This document shows, piece by piece, positions 12,473 through 26,409 of a stretch of DNA of 64,000 bases. The DNA lies in the NCBI GenBank assembly GCA_047967505.1, contig CM106538.1, one strand, 5' to 3'. The number at the start of each line of letters is the position of its first letter. Position 1 is the stretch's first letter. Below the pieces are notes generated by a model. The model was not told the origin of the DNA, did not search any database, and saw only the letters and a program-made list of their open reading frames with translations. The position numbers and the translations under genes are program-made. This DNA comes from Dipteris shenzhenensis. Lineage: Eukaryota.

Positions 12473-15400
12473 TCAAATAAGAGCATTTACATCAACTGTT
12501 TCATCTAAGGTGCCAAACAAGTCTATCTCCAACTCTATACCGAGTTGATCTCCTATATCATCATCGTACTTTAGCATCATACGTTCACCTAAAAGTATTT
12601 GATCATCTTCTTCAATAAAGCTTAAGTGTGGTGATTCTTGCTCGATTCTTGATGATTGTTGTCTTCTTCCTCAATATTGTGATCTCCATCCTCCTCCCGT
12701 GCGATGTCATTATGCGCATCTTCCTCTTGGCTCATATGGTGATCTACATCTTCTTCGCTAGATTCATCAATTGGATCCGGCATTGGTAGTGGCATCTCCA
12801 TATCCACATCTCGATCTTCAAAAATTTTCTTACTTCGTGGTGCAACTTGGATCACGTACCCCCGGGGGATTCACAAGAGGAAACTTATGATATCACGTGA
12901 GTGTACAATAGGGGGGTTTCTTTTAATGAGGCATAAGCTTATACATTAGGGGTGGGGGGCCTTTTATTTTTTCCCAATATTGAATTTAAGTTAGGGGGGC
13001 CATGCCATATTTAAGAGGGGGGGACATAGTATAGGCTACCTTGGATAATTAGTCCAAACAAGTTTGGTTTTGTGTATGGTTTTAAATAGTCATAGGGAAA
13101 GTAATCTAAATTTTCTTATTGTGCGATCTAAACGCTTGAGAAAGAACGTAGATTTAAGGAAAGGGGGGACATAATAGAATTTTGGTGGTATCTTATAAGC
13201 TTAAATAGGGGTGTTTTATCATCCTACATGTATCTTAAATAGGGGGTTTTCTTGAAGTTCATGCACGTAGGTGACGTCCCCCTTTCATGAAGAGTGAATC
13301 CCCTGGGCACGTACCACCATCTTGGATCAGAACGATCCGGATGAAAAACCACCTATATTGAAGATGGGTGCCAAATGTCGTCAATTATATATATGAAATT
13401 ATGCTCAAGTGTATGTATCAATGGACTTTAAAAATGAAAGCTTCGGCTAATTAAATCATTAGTATGCACCTGCTCACAGTGCTCGGGAAGAACAAAAGTA
13501 TCACTTTCATCGGTCCAATGTTTGGTGGAGTCTATTGCAAAGAGACCGCTACTATCTTTTCTCACTGTCGCATGGGGACTGTTGTAAGTAGTTCTAAACC
13601 ATTTTACATCAAGAATGAAAATAGTAAATCGTCTGAAATCAATTTCATAGATGTCGTGTATGGTTCCACAATAATCCAACTATGAGGAGAGAAGATTGGT
13701 ATCTGAAGCACTTGCTCGGCTATCTTGTGTGAAGTTAGCCATGACTCCACAATCGTACGTGACTCTCTTTGAATCGATGCGTTCCACGCAAAAATGTCGT
13801 CCATATGACCATAATGCACTATACTTTTTGTACTGTAAAAGAGCATCATTAAAACAATGAAGATGCATATATTTTATAGCATATATTGCCACAAATAATT
13901 ACTTAATTACATCAAGAGGTAAGAAACTTACATGAACCATACATCCAGATGATAACTCTTGCTCGCGCTCGTTTATTATCTCTCCATCACGTTCGGCTTT
14001 ACGTAGAGCCAGTTGTAGCCAATCAAGTGACATGTGAGTAGGGAGAAGAGCCAGATCCCGTGGATATGGTTGTGATCGCTTGTACATTACTCTGAATCTC
14101 GTCCTTGCATTTATTCTTTCTACTTTGGCCACTTCATATCTCTCAATCCACTTCTGCATCTCAGGGCTATTGAGGATACAAAACTTATTGAATTTCTCCA
14201 TTTGCTCTTCGCTCATCTTTCTTTCAATCCCTTTTCCTTGGGGAACCTTGCCAATGATGCGATCATCATCCTTGTTGTGCCAAGCTTGCGGCATATCAGG
14301 ATCCGTGGATGCAAGAAACTCTGTGATATATACTAATGACTCTTGCACAAGCCATCCCTCTGCCATGCTTGCTTCCGGTCTTGCTCTTTGTCTTACAAAC
14401 CCCTTTAAAGTTTTCATAAACCGCTCGAGAAAAAACATCCATCGACTATGAACGGAACTTGCTATAGCCACCTCATCAACTATGTGCACAAGCAAGTGGA
14501 CTTGAGTTGTCATAATGCTCGAGGGAAAGTGTTTCTCAAGCAAGCATACGGCTTCGATGGATTCCACCCTAGCCTTCTCGATGCTCAATATAGAGATCTC
14601 TTTTTGAGATATCCACCTATTTCACATGTCCATGCATATGTAAGATATTTGAGATATCCACCTATTTCACATGTCCATGAAGAAAATACATAATGCGATT
14701 TGATAGTAAGCATACCTCACAATACCACAGATCTTGAATATAGCATTTCTAACATCTTCTTGTAAGCACCCTTTTATTGTAATTGGGAGGATGAATTATC
14801 AAAGCAACAATGAAGTCATGTCAACAATATAACATAATAATAATTACGCTAACGCATCACGATTATCGATACACTAATTCTACTTAGAATACCTATAAGA
14901 CCTTGTGCCAATCATGGGACTTGAGCCCACTAAGCTTATTGTCCTTTGAAAATGCTCCTTTCAAGCAACGCATGTACCCTGTCAGTGTTTGAAAAGAGGC
15001 AATATCTGCCTTGACCGCTGCCTCCTCCCTCGTAGAGAGGATCCGCGTTGCTTTCGGGAGGACAACTTTTCCCGAATCATGCACTTGGGGCCACAAACGA
15101 GACATCCTATTCATAGCACGCAAGTCTTCTTGCACTCCTCTCGAGTCCTTGGAACCAACCAAGTGTGCCCAAATAGTAGCCCCCACATTCTTGAAGATAT
15201 GCATGGGATCCAAGAGATGATTGATTTGTAACTGACCCCAATAAGGAAGCTCGTGAAAGATTGATAGCCTCTTCACACTAGGAGGAGGTTCCTCTCCATT
15301 CACCCTCCAAGCTTGAATCCAGTCACTTGCCTTCAAATATGATGGTGGTGGATCAAGCTGACCTCCATGTGCGAGATGGTCAAGCGGAAGGTATCGAGCA

Positions 15401-16994
15401 TGATCTTCATAAACATTTTTCCTCATATGTTTGGAGTAGCATGCAAGCGATTTCAGAGCCAGTCCCAAATAGGACAAGCATGGTACCCACTTGTAACAAG
15501 TCCTGCACGCGTGCATGAATGTGTTAGTACAAGACATGCGTGCAAAAGAGAGTAAAAAAAGCATAATCCCTCATTGTACATGTAAAGACACAACCACGTA
15601 CCTGCGCACTCTCCATATCTTGGGTAGTCATGCATGGTCCACATCAAGATACCCCTGACCAAAATATCATTGGTATGTCTAGGAGCTCTGGAAATATCAA
15701 AGACTTGCACTTCTCTCCATAATATCTGTAACTCCTCTATTAAAGGTGCCATGTACACGTCCATGTTTTTTGCCTTGTACTTTCCTGGTACAAGTAGTGC
15801 AAGCATGAGGTGTCCCTTTTTTATTGTTAGCCATGGTGGGATATTGTAATTCACCATGACTATGGGCCATGTCGACCAAGATGTCGAGCGTAACCCGAAA
15901 GGATTCACGCCGTCCATGGCTAGCCCAAGATGTAAGTTGCATGGCTCCCTCGCAAAGTCCGACCACTGATTATCTATGTGCTTCCAAGCTGCACAATCTG
16001 CGGGAATCTTCAATGTGTGATCAATAGACCGATGAGATGCATGCCATGTCATCAACTCCGCTATGGATTTGCATCGGAACATGTGTTGTATTCTTGCAAT
16101 GATGGGAAAGTGTCTCAAGAACTTTACCGGTATCTGCTCACCCTGCAAGTCATCTCTATATCATTGTTCCCCACACTTTGAACAACTAGCCAAATCTCCA
16201 TGCTCACGACGAAAGAGAATACAATCATTATGGCAAGCATGGATGGTATCATAATCCATACCCACCATTGTTAGCATCTTTTTCGCTTCATCTCTTGATG
16301 CGAGCATGGTATTTGGTGTAGGCAACATCTTCTAGAGCAACCTATAACAAAGACACTATCCAAATGATGATTCTCAAAACAAACAATATCCAAATAATGA
16401 GTCAAATTAATGCAAGAGCTAACCTCATTAAGGCCGAGACACTTGTATCCGACCACCCATATTGTACTTGTAGATTCAAGATTGAGAGACAAGCACGTAG
16501 TTTAGACATCCTAGCATCCTCGTACAATTGTGTTGATTGCAACTCTCGCATTTTGACCTCAGACTCTGACATCACATGTACATGGGATGTAGTGCCCCTA
16601 AAAATGGAATCCATCATGTCGACCATACCCTCGTCGTCATCCGGGAGACTATAGTCTTGCTGAAAGTGAGAAGGTATATGTGTACCCTCATCATCCTCCT
16701 CATCCTGTTTTAAGATTTCGTGTAAATATAAGATCTTCTATTTCCTGGTATACAATAAGATTGCGAACTTAAATAGCTTTGACTTACCGATGGTCCATCA
16801 ACATGTGCAACACCAATGGGGGGTACTGGTTCCGGCTCCTCCCCATACATCCGCAAGTGGAGCATGATAATACGACGTTGATGTCGTACTTCTTGCTTGC
16901 AATGAGTGCAATAATAGTGTAACCTCTCCGTAAGCCACTTTGTGCTCCCGGGCGTTGGCGCATCATCGGACGAGCTTCCACTCGTCCCTTCCAT
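12473..16994 (-). pseudogene. CACTA TnpD-like transposase, multi-exon, disrupted by stops, frameshifts and a MITE
   Basis: LGLAMDGVNPF, YNIPPWL, WTMHDYP, HLLDPMHIFKNV, GLKSHDWH and RWMFFLERFMKTLK motifs of the Transposase_21/DUF4218/DUF4216 architecture. GT-AG introns lie between the ORF blocks. Confidence 0.93.
12861..13307. mobile_element. MITE, 447 bp, 14-bp TIR CCC(G/A)GGGGATTCAC, 8-bp TSD CACGTACC
   Basis: TSD at 12853-12860 and 13308-13315. The empty site is visible in the sister CACTA at about 56040-56060. Confidence 0.93.
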
Positions 16995-17899
16995 CTACAC
17001 TTATAAAATCACAACATAAGCATGAAGAAGAGATATTAACAGTTATAAAATAGCATGTTTGAGCTTCTTTTGATGCTACAACAAAAAAATGACTGTAAGC
17101 GTCACTATATAGCGACCTTTTTGCTTTCGTCACTATATAGCGACGTTTTTAATTAAAAACATTGCTATATAGCGATGGATTAGCGTCGCTATATAGCGAT
17201 GCTGTGGGTTAAAACTCGAAACTCTAAACGCGTGGCGTTTTCTTCATCCTATTCCCTAATCTCTCAAGTAAGTAAGCCAATATCTCGTCCCACCTATTTT
17301 TGATGACCTCCCACCTATTTCAAGCAACCTCCCACTCTATTTTCCACTCCTCACCCTTCTCCTACCTCTTGTACTCCCTCTCTACCCTTTTCCCTCTTTG
17401 GTTTCTTGAAAGGAAGTTTTTCAAGAGGTGAGTTTGTTTCAACAATGTAGGTTGTTTTTTGTTAGCTTTAGTTTTGTGAGTGTTTCTTCTTGTATTGCTA
17501 AACCTGTAAACTAGTTTTCATGCTTGTTTTGAAAGGATTGAAACAAAAAACGAGATTTCAAGAAAGAAAAAAAACTCACCTCTTTTTTCTATATTTCTCT
17601 TCCTTCTCTTTCTCCTTGTCTCCTCAATCTCCTCCTTTCCTTGTCTACTCAATCTTCTCCCTTCAAGAAGTTGCTTTTGTAATCTCCTCCTTCCACTAAC
17701 ATCTTATTTGAAAAAATGGGTTGTTTTCTCTCTTTTGTAGGGCCAGTCCACTACACCGAGCGAGACATACTATTTCAGGTAAGTGCTTCCTCTTTTTTCC
17801 ATTTATTATTTTTGTTATTTGCATTGTCCTGCAGCTAACGCCTTAAGCGCTAGCTGCAGTGATGGGCGTAGGAACCCTCTCTTCCCCTCAAACTCTTTC

Positions 17900-18570
17900 C
17901 TTCTTACCCTTCTCTTATTCTCTTTTTTCCTCCTTCTCTTTTTTCCCTCTTCTCTTATTCTCTCTTTCCCCCTTCTCTATTTCCCCCTTCTCTCTTTTCC
18001 CTTCTCTCTTTCCTTTCCCTCTTATTCTCTATTTTCGCATAGCATGAGAGCATGAGCATATGCGGAAATAGAGAATGAGAGAAGCTTCTCTCTTTCTCTA
18101 TTTCCACATAAGCTCATGCATAAGCTTATGCTTATCCTTATGCTTCTCTCTTTCCCCCTTCTCTATTTCCCCCTTCTCTCATTCTCTATTTCCGTATAAG
18201 CTCATGCTCATGCATGAGCATAAGCATGAGCTTATGCTTAAGTTTCCCCCTTGTCTCTTTCTCTATTTCTGCATAAGCTTATGCTTATGCATGAGCTTAT
18301 GCGGAAATAGAGAATGAGAGAAGCATAAGATCATGCTTATGCTTCTCTCATTCTCTATTTCCGCATAAGCTCATTCTCTATTTCTGCATAAGCTCATGCT
18401 TATGCATCTCTCTTTCCCCCTTCTCTATTTCCCCCTTCTCTTTTTTCCCTCTTCTCTTATTCTCTATTTCCCCCTTCTCTCTTTTCCCTTCTCTCTTTCC
18501 TTTCCCTCTTATTCTCTATTTCCCCCTTCTCTATTTCCCCCTTCTCTCATTCTCTATTTCCGCATAAGCT
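17900..18570. repeat. Pyrimidine-rich satellite (ttctctatttccccc / gcataagctcatgcttatgc units), left part
   Basis: Repeated short units with local strand inversions. Continues at 26691-30790. Confidence 0.92.
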
Positions 18571-19087
18571 CTTTCTATGGTCATCCCCATCTCCTTTGTA
18601 CTCATGTTATTTATCTATGCAAGCTCATTTCGAAGGACTTGATTGACATACTTCCGTTGTCCTTTAGATAACTCAAAATCAATAGCCTTATGCTTAGATC
18701 CTTCCATCCCTAAACCATATGTAGGATCAAAACAAAAATAGTTCTAAATATTCACACTTTGATAGCCATATGGGCTAGCATGCAGAGTCCTTCATGGGCA
18801 ACCTCTTCTAGGAGGACTATTTTACTTTGAGTTTGAAGGGGTTCTCTCTTTTTCTCAGAGGTTTCTATCGGATTGAGATGGCACTATCAGCCTCAATCCT
18901 TTCTTTTTGGCTCTTGAACTTTTCGTGCATTGCATGATGTATCCCGTATGGAGCTTGCTCTAACGGTTTTTCTTTAATACTTAATAGAAGTCTCTTTTTA
19001 CCAAAAAAAAAAAAAAAGGTTCTAAATCTAAGAAATGGAACAACTTTATCATAGCCCAACATACATGAAATTGATATCAACTTATTA

Positions 19088-19950
19088 AAGAAAGAAGGAT
19101 CACATCACATCATGCATACCAAACAATAATGCATATGCATATTCACAACATAAACTTTAAAAAAATAAATAAGCATATATTTCTGCAAGTTGTCAGCTAG
19201 AACTAAGGAACTCGGTCCTAAGTCGTGGTGCCTCTTAGCCCCCTGCCTTGTGAGCGCAGGAACCAGACACCACTTCCTGAACCAAGCCCTTCTTTCATGT
19301 TTGAAATCATAATGCTACACTACATAAAGCATGCCAAACCAATTTTAACTTACTCTATACAATGCACAAATAAATACATTAAAAAAGAAAGAGCACATCA
19401 CAGACAATGATGCATATGCATATTCACAACAGAAACTTTTAAAAAATAAATAAGCATACATTTCTTCAGCTTGTCAACTAGAACTAAGAAACTTGATCCT
19501 AGGTCATGGTGCCTCTTAGCCCCCTGCCTTGTGAGTGCAGGAACCAGACACCACTTCCTGAACCAAGTCCTTATTTCATGTTTGAAATCATAATACTACA
19601 CTACATAAAGCATGCTAAACCGATTTCAGCTTACTCTATACAATGCACCAATAAATACATTTAAAAAGAAAGAGCACATCACAAACAATGATGCATATGC
19701 ATATTCACAACAAAAACTTTTAAAAAATAAATAAGCATATATTTCTTTAGCTTGTCAACTAGATCTAAGAAACTTGGTCCTAGGTCGTGGTGCCTCTTAG
19801 TCAACCTGTCTTGTGAGCGCAGGAACCAGACACCACTTTCTGAACCAAGCCCTTATTTCATGTTTGAAATCATAATACTACACTACATAAAGCATGCCAA
19901 ACCAATTTCGACTTACTCTATACAATGCACCAATAAATACATTAAAAAAG
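19088..19950. repeat. Three tandem copies of a 281-bp unit
   Basis: gcatatgcatattcacaac recurs at 19131, 19412 and 19693. Confidence 0.93.
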
Positions 19951-20219
19951 ACTTGCTACCCATGTGACAACAGATCTGCTGCCTACATGTCAGCCTTAAT
20001 TCTTTCCCTACTGTAGTCAATTCTCTACAGCTACTGGCTATGGTGTATGAAAGACCAGATAGAGATTACACATACCAGTTTTTAGTAGCACCCAAGCTTT
20101 AAGGCATCTCATTCTGGAACCGTGGATGTTGGTGACGGACAAATTCCGCTACTTGTGCCGATGGTTGTGGAATTAGTTCACCTTGCTTCCCTATTCCTTG
20201 GCTAGATTGAGAATGTTAT

Positions 20220-20530
20220 GGTTATGTGTTGTGTTTGCCTCCATGGTACCTCTTGCAGACATGAGAAATTAGGTCCACACAAAGGCCTAAGATTAATCCT
20301 TATACATGCAAGGGAGATAACCATTTGGGAGGGTCTATCCTATTTTTTGTAAACCTCGACCCTTAGGCACTCTTGCTAGCATGTGATCCTAGCCATAGAT
20401 TTATCCTTGACCACCATGAGATGGCATGTGAAACTATGTGACTAGATATATCCTTGACATAGCATGAGGCAAACCCTTGAGAGGGGGTATGTTAGGAGCT
20501 TGGGGAATCGCGTTAGGAGCTTGGAGATTC
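20220..20530 (+). mobile_element. Copia-type 3' internal fragment with polypurine tract and start of an LTR
   Basis: Homologous to 29630-29858 (tagccatagatttatccttgaccaccatgagatggcatg). PPT gagaggggg is followed by tgttagg. Confidence 0.7.
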
Positions 20531-20929
20531 AGTGCTACAGATGAATCTGCAAGGTCGGTGGAAGCTTAGGACAGATGGCAATGCAACAACCTCCATCTCG
20601 AAGCACGAGCACTCGCACACATAAACACACCATTATGCACGCACGCACACACGTACACAGACATGCACGTGTGCATGCACATGCATGCACTCTCGCAGGT
20701 GTACATGCACACCGGCACATTAAAGATGCATTCAGTTTTCTTCAATTGACTTGCATACACAGAAAACTTGAATGTGCATCCACAGTGCTCCTCTCAATAA
20801 TTCACAATTATGCCATGCCAAATCGTTTTTAATCCCCAAGCATGACCAAATGAACAGGATTAAAGAAAAGCATACATTTTTATCAATGGAAAGTCAAACA
20901 TAGAAAGTAGAAAAAAGAAGTTAGTGCGT

Positions 20930-23200
20930 GTACCTCTTTACAGTCTTTGTTTTGCTTTTGATCATACAAAAGAGGAAGAACGAGAAGAAATGTTCATGGC
21001 AACAATCAATGGCTTAACACATGCACACACATGCACACACATACACACACATACCTTACATGTATATTGATAGTTCTTATATATGCAGAGATGCTAATGA
21101 AGAAACAATTCCATACCTTGCAGCACCGTTGCCCACTCTCATTTTGTGGCACTCCGTTCTTCTGGACATCCAAAGCAAGATTGAGTGTGCCATCAATTAA
21201 AGAAGTACATTTTGATTGCAAAGACTTTGTCTCTAGATTAACTGTTTGAGCACCATCTTCTACAATCTCTCGCATTGTTGCCAAAAACCCAGACATCTGT
21301 TGCGTAGGGATTTTTAGCCAAGTTGAGGAAAGGTTTTTCCAATCTTGGTTGTGACCAAATGAGGATTTCAGGTCTATTCCCATTGACACAGAAGCAGAAA
21401 AACATGTGACCATTTGAGCAGAATCCAATAATTGCTCACATTACTGGAAAGATAATATGGAACATGATGACAAAGAAAGTGAATTTCACATTTTTCTGGC
21501 AATTGAGATGTTTAACCTGAGATAATCATACCAGTCCCTTGTTTCACTTCCTCTGTAGAATTGGCTGCTGCCGACAAATCCTCACCATCCCAGCTTGGAT
21601 AGATGTGAAATCTCACATCCCCTTTGCAAGCTTGCTCATTGGTTTCTGTATCAGAAAAAAAATGTGGCAATTTGGTCCGAATCCAATGATTGCTCATGAT
21701 TGCCTTAGATGCTCAACTAATTAGTGATTGAACTTTTGATTTTATCATGCGGTGTACTGATACCTGTGCTTTGGCGTCTGATTGATTTAAATCCATCTCC
21801 AGAATTGTCTGCTAATAGATTCTGACCAGTTAAGCTTGGATATTCCCGACATCCCATGTTTTCTTTGGAAGGTTGGTTGTCAGCTGCTGTGTCTGACTGC
21901 AACAAGTGGTTATGAATATTATCTCCACTCTCCTGCGACTCATTTGAACTTGAGTCAGCTGCACACACTAAACGTGGAAGAAGCTTCTGTGTGGCCAACA
22001 GATGCGATGAAGGCTTTTTGGAGACACCCATTTCAGGATCTGATAAATGCTCCAAATCCATGTTTCCTCATTTTGAAACCTAGTAATCTGTGCCCATTGA
22101 TAGCCTTTACATATCAAAGATTAAATTGTTTCTTTGTTATATGTAAAAGGATCCACTGTGGTCACAGCAGGCACTGGTACAAGGAGAGTAAAAGGGGATT
22201 ATGAAGAGTAGACTGTGTGCAGGGTCACTAAATGCAGAGTGCAAGAGGATGTATTGAACTACAAAATGATCAAGTGGCGCTGGTACAATTGGGTATTACC
22301 CAAAAACCTAGCCAGTTCTAATGTCCTTACCCGAAAAAATCATGTCCTCAAATTTTGACTGTCAGACTAGCAAGAGCTCCAGTAACAGAGAATGAAAACC
22401 CCCATGTATTACATAGCTTGAATCTGAGCCTGCACAAGGCCGGATTAAGTTTTTTTAATATAGGTAGAACAATCCTAAGTGATCTTCTCGTTTGGAAGGA
22501 TTCTTATCATCTGGTAAGCCCTTGCATTTGAAAATGTCATCATGTCTAGTCAATGGAGAGTTGAATCTGGGCATGCTGACAAAAGATTGTTGACCATATG
22601 CTGTCTTTGAATTAAATCTATGCTGTCTTTCAATTAAATCCACTCTCAAACCATGCTCTATATCAGTGCCTGCAAAATCACTATCAACAAAGCCTTGGGA
22701 TTAATAAAATTATGGGAGCTGCTGCTGTCCACCAGTATATGATCAAAGTCTTGCTTTAATATGTCTCTGCTTTGAATATAAGCAGTACAATCTCAACAGA
22801 GAATGAAGTAGTATGTGCCATCATATCAGTTGTGACTATAGGAAATTACCTGCCTAACTGTCACATCCAAATGACCACCTGCACACAGAAGTCATTATGT
22901 ACAGCATCCAAGAATCTTATTGTAAATGTGTATACTTGTTTTCCTTTGTAGGATCTCAAGAAGGCACTTCTATTCAAATCAAATAACAATACCTGTCCAT
23001 CCCACTATCCAGAAAGAGCCCACTTTTGAATATTAAAAAAAGAGGTTATAAAGCATGTTGCGAAACTTAGCTCAGAGTTGCAGTTTGAATCAATTCCGGT
23101 ACTAGTATGCATTTAAAGAGAAAAAGGAACACAAGAAGAGCAATACACTCACTTGAAATATAAAGAATTATCGCAATACCAACATGCACGCTTGGCAAGA
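20930..23200 (-). pseudogene. Captured multi-exon fragment of an unidentified host gene
   Basis: Minus-strand donor and acceptor-like sites (about 20932, 21116, 22670, 22848, 22878, 22992, 23150) and Ser/Asn-rich ORF pieces (21006-21428, 21512-21697, 21717-22061) broken by stops. No domain recognised. Confidence 0.45.
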
Positions 23201-23261
23201 GCATACAGTAATATTTCAACACATTCAAATGGCTTGCGTTGCCTACACCAAAAGGTTCTTT

Positions 23262-24005
23262 GTCGCATCCAACTCGTCAAGAACTGCAAGCACATGCTTC
23301 AACTCCTCCCGCTTCTCTGGTGGCATCAATAAATCTTTCTCCAGATTTTCCTTATAATATTTTTTGAGAAGATGGTCTGCTCTATAGAACTGACCCGTCT
23401 CATCCTTCACCATTAAATCGGTAAATTTATCCACGTGCCCAAAAGCCTTAAGAACCACATGGGGAGTGACGCAAGGGCAATCCACTTCCAGCATACCCTC
23501 CTCCAAAACGAAATGTTGCAGACAATCCATTTGCAAAACTCAATTTCATCACGGCACATTCATAGCATTAAGGGTGCAGAAATGGGCAAAACACGAGTCG
23601 CTCACACAAAGAAGACGGAGGAAAGACCTGGCACCAGAAGGCCAGCACATTTGCTTTGACTGCGCAGCCCGGAGGACCGTAATCGTACAACCCCGTGACA
23701 CCCCCACAAATCCCAAAAAAAGGGAGGATGAAAAGGCGTCTCTCCAATGTGTTGTTTACATCCTTGCGAAACGATTCCGCACTGCCAACTCCATTCCCCA
23801 CAGCAGCCTTGGCGGAATACTCCTTGGAAGCATCCTGAAGCTGTAGCTTCAAGTCCTGGAGGAGCTTCACGGCCTCCTCAATGTCAGCAGGGTCAGCCTT
23901 AGAAGGCTTGAGAGATCGCACAAGGCCCCCCTGCTTCTTGATAGCTGCCTGCTGAGCAACCAAAGAGAGACGCAAAGTCTCCAGCTGGTCCGCCGGAGCA
24001 CCCAT
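23262..24005 (-). pseudogene. Glycyl-tRNA synthetase (eukaryotic GlyRS) 5' fragment: WHEP domain and start of the catalytic domain
   Basis: QGGLVRSLK...AVKLLQDLK (WHEP), TLERRLF...GGVTGLYDYGPPGCAVKANVLAFW and HFVLEEGMLEVDCPCVTP...GHVDKFTDLMVKD...YRADHLLK. Intron 23627-23516 has a GT donor and an acceptor mutated to AA. Truncated after VLAVLDEL. Confidence 0.95.
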
Positions 24006-26409
24006 GCGAAGGGGTGGGATTAATCCAGCTGCAAGCCAAAAGAACCAACTCCTGCAAATCGAATCAGTGACGCAGAGTTACAAAGGGACACCAAGAGCAA
24101 GCAATGAAGCCGAGAGGGGACTCAAACAGAAACTCTGACGATCTCTTACGTGAATTGGGGCCAAATCGCTACGATAATGAGCTCCCAGGAGCAAAATAGC
24201 TCCGATAAGCAGCTCGAAAGGGGACTGTGGCAATCTGTAGGGGGATGAGGGGAACTTGAAATGATTCTTGCCGGGTAAATTGCTGCAGGAAGATCAATTT
24301 GAATGCAAAACTAGCGAGGCGATGCGATGCGATTAGTGCCTCCCTTCCCACAATAGCTCCACCTCCCCTTTGCCGTTGGATCTCACCCTTCAGATCTCGC
24401 CATGTGGACGCTCCAGATAATAGGGTTTCCTCCCTTTTTTTCCCACCTCGGAGAGGATTATCCTCACTCCACATGTGGAAGCTTTATCCTTTTGTTTACG
24501 CTCGAGAGGTGGCTAGTGCTGCCCGTCTTCATCACCCACTTGCTCACTCTCATCACCCACACAAGGGTCCATTGGTTTGAAAAATCAATCCTCATCTTGT
24601 GCACAATAGCAATGATAATAGAAGCTGGAAAGCTATTGGTTGACCTCACTGGACTAAATTTTATGCTTTTATGGATTATTACATGTATTTCCCTAATCAT
24701 GCGACCAATCATGTCTTAACATCATAAAATGCTCAATTACATCATTGAAGAACTTAACCAACAATAGACCATGAGTGAACGGGATTATTTTTATACTAAG
24801 TAAATGAATACCAAACAGTACCACTTTTCCTTAACTACAATCTTTGAAAACACACTATTTTAGATTCTTGAGTAAATCACAATAATATGAAACTTGGTGT
24901 TGCCCTCTACCACTTTCAGTCTCCATTCAGGTTCTCATTATAAAGCACGTGCACTAGACATGCATGGTATGCTATGAATTTGGCACTTAACAATATTAAA
25001 CATAATATTTTTTGAAAAGAATTCAAAATTTTATTGATTAGTAGAAAAGGAGAGAAGGGGGCGGGGGGAGGGGGAGGACACCCCATCCCTCTTATTTATG
25101 AGGGTCAAAATTTTAAAGATCAATTTATTCACAACATCTCAGCCCATTGTGCATCAATGTTGTCAATGTAACCTACTACAAAATCTATTGAACAAAAACG
25201 ATGTGCATTGGCGCATTAGCAAAGGCTTCCTCGCCCATCAGCAAAAACGATGTGCATTGGTGCATTAGCAATGACTGATGATCCAAAGGGTTCAAAAGGG
25301 TGGCATTTCCATGAAGATTATGGATATAGAGATCAAGAGAGAAAGGCTAATAAAAAGCTAGAGCACACGTCTTGATAGGACAAAATGATGCCCACACGGG
25401 GCTGGATGGCTAATGTGGGTATGGGATTGGGTTGGGAATGTGGGTGGGCTAATATAGACATGGCAGAAGAGGGGGTTTCTTGATTCTTCCTTTCTTCCAC
25501 TATCACCCTTTGCTCATTCATCAATGTGCATCCCTAAAGTGAGCTGGGAGAGAGGGGATTACAACATGTTATGTATCTCCACAGACATTGGATTATATTA
25601 GGACAATCTCTAGGGACATATATTACCTTCCTTAGCACTCCACGAGGACATCTAGAGGTGCAAGTAGCTAGGAAATTAGGTTTTGCTCATATGGGACTTC
25701 AATGCCAAGACCAACAACATGTGTGTGTATGTGTAAAAATAGAAAGAGAGTATGTCCCCCTATACATTGATACATACATTTAAGTATTTGCATGTGGCAT
25801 TTTAGTTTAGTTCATTTCTTCTTATTTGTTGTCATAAATCTATAGAATCTTTCACTATAGAAGATTGTGAGACTGGATAGATGGCTTAAGTGCTTGAGGG
25901 GTAGATTTATATTTAAAGCCTCTATTGACTGGCAAGTTCTTTGCATTGTGATAAATTTCTAAATATATAAATGTATAGAAGTACGTGATGAAATTAAAGT
26001 TAGATTTTCACACACACAACTAAATATGTGACTTACTGCGTATTCACTACTCTAGCTCTATTCATTAATTTAGTTTAATTTTTACCTACTTTTCATGATC
26101 ATAAATTGAGACTAAAGAAATACTTAAAATATCTAACAAAACACCTTCTACCAGGCCATTATAGAAAATTTCATTCTTTAATTTTGTGTCATTTTAATAA
26201 TTTGATTCTTCTTGCTAAGAATCTACTTGTTGTTTCCTTTTACCTATGTATGTAGTGTACTTTCATGTTCTTGTTGAAGATAGAAGCATGAAGAGATATA
26301 TCCCTACTATATGACTTGATGAGGGGTAGACATACTGCTAATGAGGGCCTACCATAGGCTTAAGTTAGCCAAATGTGCATTGGATATAAGGGCACAAGTC
26401 TTCTTTTGG

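Noticed and set aside
17783-18671. Hydrophobic Leu/Phe/Ser-rich ORFs (also 26831-27801)
   Set aside because: They are translations of the pyrimidine-rich satellite.
23243-24005. Functional GlyRS gene or processed retrocopy
   Set aside because: It is truncated within exon 2 and the acceptor is mutated. The retained intron excludes retroposition.
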